This document shows, one piece after another, positions 10,192 through 18,201 of a stretch of DNA of 64,000 bases. The translations under genes and the position numbers were made by a program. The stretch comes from a virus. The notes under the pieces are model-generated. The model did no database searches. It had not been told where the DNA came from and saw nothing but the letters and a program-made list of their open reading frames with translations. Positions within the stretch are counted from its first letter, which is position 1; each line of letters begins with the position of its first letter. The DNA is taken from the IMG/VR virus record IMGVR_UViG_3300025450_000016; one strand, given 5' to 3'.

Positions 10192-11248
10192 TTACAAAGA
10201 TCTTTTCTACAGTGGTAGTAGTCAACGACAAAAGTGTTTGATAGTTGTGCTCAAATATTTCTTGCATATCTGCAAGTGCTCGGGCCATTTCAGCCGGAGT
10301 CCAACGACTTATTGTTTCTAATAATTTACTAACTTCGTGAATACGATTGGCTAATCCGTACTCGTCGTATCCTTCATCCCAATACTTGTTAAAAGTACAA
10401 AATCCTAAACGACGAAGATTGGCCAAATGATTGCGAGGAGTAACTGAAACAAAAGGTCTACGTGCAATCATTGGTCGCCAGGTCTTTTCAGTACAAAAGA
10501 AAACACCATCGGCCATATAAGTTTCGTGTGCCACATCAACAAAAATTGAATTGTAATAATTCAGTATGTTTAAATTGTTAGGCATCTGTATAGGATAACA
10601 ATCTTGACTTTGGTTGATGTAGTTGCCTTTGCCAGAGATAAACTCCACGTCCTCGGCAATGGTTCTAGGGCAGTCTTGTAAAAACGCAACCACCTCAGGC
10701 AATATGTCACAACCAAACTCAACCAAATCTTCTAGTCCCACGTAATCAACAAGGTCCTCGGATTTTCTCAGATAATGTGTGCCTATTCCGCAATTATAAG
10801 TTTGCAAAGTTTTGTCTGCGTAACGACTGTGTAACAATGCAGCTGTCCATAATCGGTTCCAGTTACTTTTGCCAACAAAATGACCAAAATGATATGTTGG
10901 AGCAAATTCTGGTGTGACAGGATTTTGTCTTATCCATCCACGTATGCGAGTCAGTTCATACCAGGCTGTGGCCACACGTTGTATCTGATACGATTCATGA
11001 TTCTCCAGCATATTGCCAGTGCGTATGGTAACACGCTGTTTGGCATAACCGGTATGATCGCAAAATCTATCTAGTACATTGTATAGACCATTGGCTCTAA
11101 ATGATGCTGCTTCGGGAGTGATGTCAATCACAATGTTTTGATCGTTTTTTAAACAATCGTACATATAGTGTACCAGGGCATCTTTTAACCAAGTCTTGTA
11201 GTCGCTGCCGGCGGCCACACGATATGATCCAGTTGTTTCATTCAACAT
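10181..11248 (-). CDS. putative glycosyltransferase (GT10-like)
   Basis: DVAHETY..FFCTEKTWRPM..RPF..LRRLGFCTF..YWDEGYD. Confidence 0.55.
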   Translation of the reverse strand: MLNETTGSYRVAAGSDYKTWLKDALVHYMYDCLKNDQNIVIDITPEAASFRANGLYNVLDRFCDHTGYAKQRVTIRTGNMLENHESYQIQRVATAWYELTRIRGWIRQNPVTPEFAPTYHFGHFVGKSNWNRLWTAALLHSRYADKTLQTYNCGIGTHYLRKSEDLVDYVGLEDLVEFGCDILPEVVAFLQDCPRTIAEDVEFISGKGNYINQSQDCYPIQMPNNLNILNYYNSIFVDVAHETYMADGVFFCTEKTWRPMIARRPFVSVTPRNHLANLRRLGFCTFNKYWDEGYDEYGLANRIHEVSKLLETISRWTPAEMARALADMQEIFEHNYQTLLSLTTTTVEKIFVNDN

Positions 11249-12191
11249 AATTTATGGTTTTTGAAAACTTTTTTTCGATTAGTAAATTGTAATTGTGATC
11301 TAGTATTGGTTGCATATCAGCGTACATTTGTGCCAGCTGATCTGTTGATCGAGACGATAGCGTATCAATAAGATCGAGAATCTTAGTATATTTATGTTTA
11401 ATTCCGTAGCCATCATAGTCTTCATTCCAGAAGCTGCCAAATGTTCTAAAGCCCATTTGTCTTAGATGTATCAGGTGGCATTTTGGTCCCATTGTTATAA
11501 ACGGTTTTTTTAACAGCATTGGGCGAATGGTTTTTTCTGTGGGAAAAAAATTACGTCCATTCACAAAAGTTTCAGCCACTATGTCTATTAGAAAGTCTTG
11601 ATAAAAATTGGCCAATTGTTCTGTGTGCTGTTGAGTTGACACCCCAATGGTGTAACCATCTTGATTTTCAATTTGTACAGGGAAATGATCGGCGGCCAAT
11701 AAAAAGTTCCGGGCCGATGGCAAATCAATTTCAAACAATCGTTGCATTTCAAATAACCGGCGGTCAACATCGTCGTGTGGATTAGAACGAAAATTAATTA
11801 CAGATTTGTCTGCGTGGTTAATTTGCAAATGCCCAGCAATGCCCATACGATTCCACGTGGCTCGATTATACAATGCACCAAATATTTTTCGACGATTCCA
11901 AACCTGATACGGTGTATAGTCTGTGTTGCCAGTGGTATAAAAGAATCTAAAAGCCGAATCGTGTACACGTATTTGATAAACCGGGTGATACTCAACCACG
12001 TTACCAGTCACAATAGTTACCGATTTGAATCTAAAACAATCCAGCAGTTCGTATATGCCCAGGGATTCCAAACACCCACCTTCGTAGTTGGTATTTAGAA
12101 TAATATTTTGATCTTGATTGCGAGCCAAAAAGGCAATCAGCTCCAGCCGATTGAATATATGGTTATCGTTGATGTTTAAAAATAGCGTCAT
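11238..12191 (-). CDS. putative glycosyltransferase (GT10-like)
   Basis: DIVAETF..FFPTEKTIRPM..KPF..LRQMGFRTF..FWNEDYD. Confidence 0.55.
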   Translation of the reverse strand: MTLFLNINDNHIFNRLELIAFLARNQDQNIILNTNYEGGCLESLGIYELLDCFRFKSVTIVTGNVVEYHPVYQIRVHDSAFRFFYTTGNTDYTPYQVWNRRKIFGALYNRATWNRMGIAGHLQINHADKSVINFRSNPHDDVDRRLFEMQRLFEIDLPSARNFLLAADHFPVQIENQDGYTIGVSTQQHTEQLANFYQDFLIDIVAETFVNGRNFFPTEKTIRPMLLKKPFITMGPKCHLIHLRQMGFRTFGSFWNEDYDGYGIKHKYTKILDLIDTLSSRSTDQLAQMYADMQPILDHNYNLLIEKKFSKTINYVE

Positions 12192-13084
12192 TCCCTTGCC
12201 ATTGGTCCTTTATTTTTAAAATTACTACGATAGTGATATTTAAAAAAACGACTTTCCTCTGCATCCATATCCACAATAGGCAGACTCAAACGCATACGCA
12301 ATTTGTCTCCGATGTCTCGGCACTCGTCGGCGCCGTGGTCTTTGTATTGCAGCCATAGCTCTGCCAAGGCATCAAAATTTTGTACTTGGCGATAATCCCA
12401 GTCTCCCAGCATTGTCATATATGTGCCAAGACGTGCACCATATATGGCCCAAAAGCCATTGTTGGCATCTGCACCCACTGTTTGCCACACACACAAATGA
12501 TCGTAGTTGCGATTGTTAACCTTGCTTTCAAACTCCAGTAGGCTTGGCTTGGCTCCACGATCTAAACACATTTTAACACCTTCTCTAAATCCGGCACGCC
12601 AGGCTTGAAAAGGAGTGCCGTTGGGATAGGTGGTTGAATAGCAGTCGGCCATGGCCCAGTAGTTGGGATAAAAACAAAACTCCACATCGTTTTCTGCTGT
12701 GCCATCTGAGTTTTCGTGAGTACGCATTGCATAAACAAATTCTTTGGTCCAGCAACTCATACCACCGTTGCCGTACATCAATCCATTAACAGCGTTGCGA
12801 GCCCGCCAACGAAAAACGCAAGAGTCATTAGTATCATTGAGGGCCAATTGGAGATTGAAGAATTCAGGATCAGGAATGTTATCCCCATCGATAAGAACAA
12901 AACGGTCTGTGTCGCTAGCGTCTGCAGCCGCTTTGTGAGCGGCGTCACTGCCTTTAACTCCGTCCACTCTTTTGGCCCACGGAACCATGTTTGAGATTTG
13001 TATCCAGAATTCTTCTTTTCTTGGTTCGTCATAGGTTAAAAATATGCAGTCTAAATCTGCAATGTCAATTATTTTTGTACTCAT
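12188..13084 (-). CDS. GT-A fold glycosyltransferase-like protein
   Basis: DCIFLTYDEP, RVDGVKGSDAAHKAAA, DxD motif (LIDGDN), YGNGG. Confidence 0.6.
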   Translation of the reverse strand: MSTKIIDIADLDCIFLTYDEPRKEEFWIQISNMVPWAKRVDGVKGSDAAHKAAADASDTDRFVLIDGDNIPDPEFFNLQLALNDTNDSCVFRWRARNAVNGLMYGNGGMSCWTKEFVYAMRTHENSDGTAENDVEFCFYPNYWAMADCYSTTYPNGTPFQAWRAGFREGVKMCLDRGAKPSLLEFESKVNNRNYDHLCVWQTVGADANNGFWAIYGARLGTYMTMLGDWDYRQVQNFDALAELWLQYKDHGADECRDIGDKLRMRLSLPIVDMDAEESRFFKYHYRSNFKNKGPMARE

Positions 13085-13430
13085 AATATTCAGTTTCTTG
13101 TGCCGTTTCGTTTTCTTCCAATATTAGTCCTGCGTGATTTTTTACCACACAATGGCCTTTTGTGCCACGTTTCAATAGCACTCGGTACTTGTTGTCGGGG
13201 TCTTTTTTTACCAGTTTGCCATCAACTACAGTATATAAAAAATATGTATTGTAGATAGATTTATCAACCACTATGTAATTGCCAGACTCGGGGTGGTTTT
13301 GCATCGAGCAACCGACAATGTCTCCAAGCTCGTCATAATAAAATCTATGTTCAATCACCGGCACTGGTATTTCCTGTGCGGCCATTACTGCGTTAACTTC
13401 TTCCCAAAATTTAATTTCTTCTGGACTCAT
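13065..13430 (-). CDS. hypothetical protein
   Basis: 121-aa ORF overlapping both neighbours in the operon. Confidence 0.7.
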   Translation of the reverse strand: MSPEEIKFWEEVNAVMAAQEIPVPVIEHRFYYDELGDIVGCSMQNHPESGNYIVVDKSIYNTYFLYTVVDGKLVKKDPDNKYRVLLKRGTKGHCVVKNHAGLILEENETAQETEYYEYKNN

Positions 13431-14271
13431 AGTATTCTATCAATTCTTTGGTTGCGTATTTTTTGTCATAGTAGTGAACTGGATGGTATTGATTTTGATT
13501 GTTAATACGTATCATATCACCATCACGTTCGGCTACCACTGTTTCTAACCAGCTACGTGCATCACTCCAATTTTGTATGCCTGACTTCATATGTACAAAA
13601 TTGATAAAATCCATTGAAGGAATAGTACATAGCTCTTCGCCAATCAACAACGCTGTTACTGCATAAAGCACATCGGTGCTGGGAGTTTCCTCTCGACAAT
13701 TTTTAAATAAGTCTCGAACTTCTGCCCAGTTACGGTATACTGTTTCTGCCAAGGCAAAAAAGTTAAACGCTTCTTGACTGTATCTAAAATACATCAAACC
13801 ATTGTACACATCCGGCAATTCGTTATCGTCAAAAAATTGTCGATATTTTCTTACATCACTGGGTTTTCCCTGGTAGTTTTTACATCCTGTGCTGAGCACT
13901 ATATTGCGTAGTCTAAAAGCTGGCCACCAGTGATCTATACTGCCAGTAAACAACAAATCACTTTCTAGTTTGACAGTTTCTTTAAATGGCGATAGACGTA
14001 GTGCTTGATATTCATTAGCCAGTTTCCAATTGCTGGAAGGGTCATTATTATCGGTGGGCAAATCAATAATATAATCAAAAGTATTACGATGAAGGTCATT
14101 TACTTTCTCCCGTGTGGCCGCATCAACAATTACCGCATACCGGTTATTTTTCTGCGTTGCCTTGATGTTAAGAGCTTGCAGGTAAGCCAGCTCCAAATAA
14201 TCTACTGATGCTGTGTTCTGTGCAAACGTAACAAATCCTTGAGGTTCTCTACTCACACATGGTCTCCACAA
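13411..14271 (-). CDS. GT-A (GT8-like) glycosyltransferase
   Basis: SPFKETVKLESD (ExD variant of DxD), YNGLMYF, STD, FVHMK; paralog of 14249. Confidence 0.6.
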   Translation of the reverse strand: MWRPCVSREPQGFVTFAQNTASVDYLELAYLQALNIKATQKNNRYAVIVDAATREKVNDLHRNTFDYIIDLPTDNNDPSSNWKLANEYQALRLSPFKETVKLESDLLFTGSIDHWWPAFRLRNIVLSTGCKNYQGKPSDVRKYRQFFDDNELPDVYNGLMYFRYSQEAFNFFALAETVYRNWAEVRDLFKNCREETPSTDVLYAVTALLIGEELCTIPSMDFINFVHMKSGIQNWSDARSWLETVVAERDGDMIRINNQNQYHPVHYYDKKYATKELIEYYESRRN

Positions 14272-15094
14272 ATTGTTTAAACGAGTCAGTCAGCAGGTAA
14301 TCTTTATCTAATATATGCAGGCCTTGACGTGGCAGAATTGATGTTGTTGGATAAGTTCCATCTGACGACAAGGTATGGTTAATTTTTAACAGACTACCGA
14401 CAGGTTCTATAGATTCAATTTCGTGATAGATACTGAGCATTGTCCAAGGAATACTTTCTGATTCGTTTAGGCAGTAGCCGTTTAATATATTGTTTGCTAT
14501 GGCAAACGCATAATCATTTCTAAATCGATCGGTGGTTATATTATACAGAGCTCGATAATATCTGTAATTTCTTTGTATGCGTCCCACTAGATCAAACAGC
14601 ATACGACTGCGTTCACGTTTTCTAAACAACACCACTGTGGCCCATACAAAAGGTAAACTGGTATTGCCCATGACATCGTTATCATTGCCGGATGTTGATT
14701 GATTATGATGCATCAATTGATAATCAAATTCTGTTTCAAACAAGGTATTGATACTGCGGTCCAACACAAGATAATCGGTATCCAACAATACAGTTTCATC
14801 GTACGGGCTTAATTCATAAGCCAAGTATCGACCAAAATTGCGCCAGGCTATGGTTTGATTGTTGATAGCACCACGATAATTTACCTGTCCAGCATCGGGA
14901 GTCAGTCGAATGATGTGATCGTATGCAAAGGTAGGATTGCTGTCCAAATCTGTCACAATGGTCACAGGTAATCCTAGATTGTGTTGTATTAATCGACTGG
15001 ACTGATCGGCTATGGCAACATAATCTACTTTTTCGGTATTAAAGGCAAATACCAGTACGCCTCTAGACACGTCGGATACGTCGGAGTTCTGCAT
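14249..15094 (-). CDS. GT-A (GT8-like) glycosyltransferase
   Basis: SPYDETVLLDTDY (DxD), WATVVLF, FRNDYAF, LHILDK. Confidence 0.65.
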   Translation of the reverse strand: MQNSDVSDVSRGVLVFAFNTEKVDYVAIADQSSRLIQHNLGLPVTIVTDLDSNPTFAYDHIIRLTPDAGQVNYRGAINNQTIAWRNFGRYLAYELSPYDETVLLDTDYLVLDRSINTLFETEFDYQLMHHNQSTSGNDNDVMGNTSLPFVWATVVLFRKRERSRMLFDLVGRIQRNYRYYRALYNITTDRFRNDYAFAIANNILNGYCLNESESIPWTMLSIYHEIESIEPVGSLLKINHTLSSDGTYPTTSILPRQGLHILDKDYLLTDSFKQFVETMCE

Positions 15095-15383
15095 ATTGTT
15101 GATGCCAGGTATTCATTACCTGCTGATAGTGTTCGGTGGCCATTTCAAGAAATGCCTGCTGATTGATTTTTATTGGATTACCGTAGGTATCTTCCAAAAA
15201 TAAACTGTCCGGATCTCCGCGCCAGGTTGATACAAAAGCATACAATTCGGGTGTAATTTTAAACAGTCCGCCGTTGCAGGCCATATGTAAATCGGCCTGT
15301 ATTTTTTCCCGTAAGATTTTTTTATTGGCCTGGTAGTTGGTAGCACGACGTACTTCGGTTGTAAGTTTTTCGATTTCGTTCAT
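15063..15383 (-). CDS. hypothetical protein, first gene of the modification operon
   Basis: 106-aa ORF directly downstream of the sigma70-type promoter. Confidence 0.75.
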   Translation of the reverse strand: MNEIEKLTTEVRRATNYQANKKILREKIQADLHMACNGGLFKITPELYAFVSTWRGDPDSLFLEDTYGNPIKINQQAFLEMATEHYQQVMNTWHQQYAELRRIRRV

Positions 15384-15391
15384 GATAGAAT

Positions 15392-15426
15392 AAAAGGTGT
15401 AGATAGTTATTATACTATGCTACACC
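15392..15426 (-). terminator. probable intrinsic terminator of the tail-fibre transcript, overlapping the promoter
   Basis: Minus strand GGTGTAG-c-ATAG [TATAATAA] CTAT-CTACACC followed by TTTT, just past the stop at 15449. Confidence 0.6.
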
Positions 15427-15437
15427 CTTAAGGTCAA
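15409..15437 (-). promoter_or_regulatory. sigma70-type promoter for the GT/radical SAM operon
   Basis: Minus strand TTGACC (15437-15432), 17-nt spacer, TATAAT (15414-15409). Confidence 0.8.
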
Positions 15438-15448
15438 CCTGGTTGGGT

Positions 15449-16402
15449 TTAAGAAACGCTGACTGATCCCCAGCTAGCGCCTAAGAAATTGGATTCTGGG
15501 TATACCACGTCGATGCGATGATTCCAACTGACGTTAAAGTCTTTGTTACCAAAGTCGGATACTAATGCACCCATATGCACATACATTTTGAAATAAATTA
15601 CACTTCCGGCGTCGCCGTGACTGCCTTGTGTACCGTTTGAATACACATTGACTGCTGCCCAGTCGCCGCTGTATGGATAGTTGCTGCTGGTTATGTACAC
15701 AATTGATTGCTCAGTGGTGCCAGTGTTGTAGTATCCAATACTGGTGTTGTTGACAGTTTGGCTATAACCTGAACCGGTTCTACCGCCGTTGCTGTGAGCA
15801 CCGTAGTTGTTGATACTGCCAATGCAATTGATCAATGTGGTCAAGTCGCCGGCACGGCCATGGCCGCCATTGTTGGTAACGCTGGTAGTTACAAAGTTTA
15901 ATTTGCCGCCGGCATTGAAGAAATAACGTGCAGCATCAGCGCCGCCGCTGAATGTCACTGTGCGAACAGCATAATAATCTAAAGCAGCCGAAGTTGAACC
16001 AGAATTTGGGTTGAATGTGTACCCAGAACTTTGTGATGTGCTACCCTGGCTGGCGTAATTTAAACGATTGTCGTACAAGGTGCCCAATGCAGTTTGCAAA
16101 GCTGACATATAGGAAATTGTGTTACCTTGCACTACTGGAGTAATTAGTGCAGGATTTGGACTGCTAGTACCACTTTGGTGTTTGGACATATTGTTGACTG
16201 TGGTCATCAATGTTCCCCACTGTGTAGCTGTTACGTTGGTACCAGTGCTAGCTGACTGTGTAAAAGATTGTCCGTATCCAGCATCGCCATATCCAATTCC
16301 CCAAACTGCGTTCAATTGACCGCGGGTGGTTGATGGATTAGCGCCGACTAACGTGTTATTAAAGTCGCCTTGTGTAATTAGTCCGCCTTGCTGATATGCC
16401 AT
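15449..16402 (-). CDS. virion structural or tail fibre-associated protein
   Basis: S/T/G/N-rich; WGIGYGDAGYGQ and ARYFFNAGG motifs typical of jumbo-phage fibre-associated proteins; located in the tail cluster. Confidence 0.6.
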   Translation of the reverse strand: MAYQQGGLITQGDFNNTLVGANPSTTRGQLNAVWGIGYGDAGYGQSFTQSASTGTNVTATQWGTLMTTVNNMSKHQSGTSSPNPALITPVVQGNTISYMSALQTALGTLYDNRLNYASQGSTSQSSGYTFNPNSGSTSAALDYYAVRTVTFSGGADAARYFFNAGGKLNFVTTSVTNNGGHGRAGDLTTLINCIGSINNYGAHSNGGRTGSGYSQTVNNTSIGYYNTGTTEQSIVYITSSNYPYSGDWAAVNVYSNGTQGSHGDAGSVIYFKMYVHMGALVSDFGNKDFNVSWNHRIDVVYPESNFLGASWGSVSVS

Positions 16403-16419
16403 TTTATTTCCCTTTGTAC

Positions 16420-18153
16420 TTACGAATTTATTTTAACTATTGCTTCAATTATACCTTCACCCTCGTATGTTTTGTCAACCAAACTGCGTCCAATAACATT
16501 CCAAGGTGTTAATTCATGTGCTTGTCCGGCACGGGCTAACCCATTTCCGGCACTGACTAAACGACTGCCCTTGGCAATTAAACCAACGGCTCTTACAGGA
16601 ACACGTCCGCTCATTGCAATCGGTGGATGAGTAGCATCTGTGCCAGCAGTTGAATTCATTAAGTAAGCTGCATTAGTACTTATGACGCCAAACACTTTAT
16701 CGCTTAAATCAGCTACCACTTTAGTAATTTCTGCCGGGCCACCCATCTCTACCACAGTACCTGGCTCATATTCTGCGTCGGCTTCAAATCGTTCGGCTAT
16801 GTCAGCGTACTGTGCTTGAACTGATCTACCATACACAATATTAAATTGGTTGTTTTGAGTACCCAAATTGTAAAGTAGTGTGCTGGTTGGCACAATATTG
16901 CCTGTAACTGCGGTTGTTCCGTTCAACGTAGCATTGGTAAATGCCGCTGTGCCTGTTGCTGTCAACGCACCGCCAACAGATAAACCGCCGCCGATGATTG
17001 CAGAATTGACCTGAGCCACGTTGCCATATATGGTTCCCCAATAAGCGTTGGTAGCACCCAAATTGATAACTAAATTGGATGCTGGGGTCAAACTGTTGGT
17101 AATGGTCACTGTGGTAAATTTGGCCACGTTTGGCGTTATCAAACCAATTGGGGTATTTTGAATACCGCCGCCACTGACTGTTAAACTGCCACCCGATGTT
17201 GTGGCAATTTCTGAACCGTTGTATGTGGCATAACCAGTTAAATTTATAGTGCCGCTGGCGTTTAGATTGACAACATTACCCAAATTGGTAATATTTGGCT
17301 GGCTAGCCGTTAAAAGTGTACCGGTAAATCCTTGACTTGCACTGACCGAGCTGGCTGTTACTCCAGTGGCTGTTACACTGGTAGCAACCACGTTACCTGT
17401 CAGTGTGCCGTTGAGATTTGGACTGTTGACTGCTGTTGCTGTTACTGTGCCAGCTGATAATGTGGTACCAGTGATATCTGCAGCAACCAAACCGCCTGTG
17501 GTTGTTCTTTGTACCAATGTACTTGCTGTGGCGGCGGTGTCTTGAGTGTTTAATCCCAGTGCTGGTACATTTGTTGTGCTGAAATTTAAACCAGGTTTAA
17601 CATTACCAAACCCGGTTACTGCTGTTTGAAAAGGAACATCGTGTGATAAAATAGCGTAAATTGTACCGTTGATTTTGAACTGTACAACCACGTGTGTGCC
17701 CGACGATGTGTCAGTCATTGTGGCCGGGAAAGCACCTGTATCTGCTACACCCACTAGGGTTTGTGGACCAACTGTGATCCAGCTGGTACCGGAATATACT
17801 TTTAGCTGACTGTGTGTGGTATCAAACCATAAGTCGCCGCCCAGGGCACTTAGATCGCCCGGAGGACTGCTGAATGGGCTGGCAGTAGCACCAGTTGAAA
17901 TCTTCCAACTAGTACCGGAATATACTTTAAGAATGTTGTTTGTTGTGTCCCACCATAATTGTCCCTTGAGTGGGTTGGCTGGGCTGGTATTGTTGGAGAA
18001 ATTTTCCAACAATCTTACAAAATTGTCATTCAAAAACGCACCGTAGCCAGCGTAATTTTTGCCAATTAAAACTAAGCTGGTACTGGTATTATCTACTGTA
18101 CCGTCGCTGACAATAATTGATTCGCCGTCTGATTTGTTAATTGTATATGACAT
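16420..18153 (-). CDS. tail fibre with C-terminal intramolecular chaperone (peptidase G2-like) domain
   Basis: Shared fibre N-terminus (LIGKNYAGYG..LLENF..GQLWWD); T/V-rich shaft; C-terminal YADIAERFEAD..PGTVV..FGVIST..SGRVPV. Confidence 0.75.
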   Translation of the reverse strand: MSYTINKSDGESIIVSDGTVDNTSTSLVLIGKNYAGYGAFLNDNFVRLLENFSNNTSPANPLKGQLWWDTTNNILKVYSGTSWKISTGATASPFSSPPGDLSALGGDLWFDTTHSQLKVYSGTSWITVGPQTLVGVADTGAFPATMTDTSSGTHVVVQFKINGTIYAILSHDVPFQTAVTGFGNVKPGLNFSTTNVPALGLNTQDTAATASTLVQRTTTGGLVAADITGTTLSAGTVTATAVNSPNLNGTLTGNVVATSVTATGVTASSVSASQGFTGTLLTASQPNITNLGNVVNLNASGTINLTGYATYNGSEIATTSGGSLTVSGGGIQNTPIGLITPNVAKFTTVTITNSLTPASNLVINLGATNAYWGTIYGNVAQVNSAIIGGGLSVGGALTATGTAAFTNATLNGTTAVTGNIVPTSTLLYNLGTQNNQFNIVYGRSVQAQYADIAERFEADAEYEPGTVVEMGGPAEITKVVADLSDKVFGVISTNAAYLMNSTAGTDATHPPIAMSGRVPVRAVGLIAKGSRLVSAGNGLARAGQAHELTPWNVIGRSLVDKTYEGEGIIEAIVKINS

Positions 18154-18201
18154 CTTCTATCCTTTGATAATATTTATGCTAATATTATTCATTTTTGCGT
18201 C

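Noticed and set aside
1-15383. RiPP cluster interpretation of the radical SAM/SPASM array
   Set aside because: No precursor peptide, RRE/PqqD domain, dedicated peptidase or exporter is visible, and the neighbours are glycan-type enzymes. Not fully excluded, because the operon continues beyond the window.
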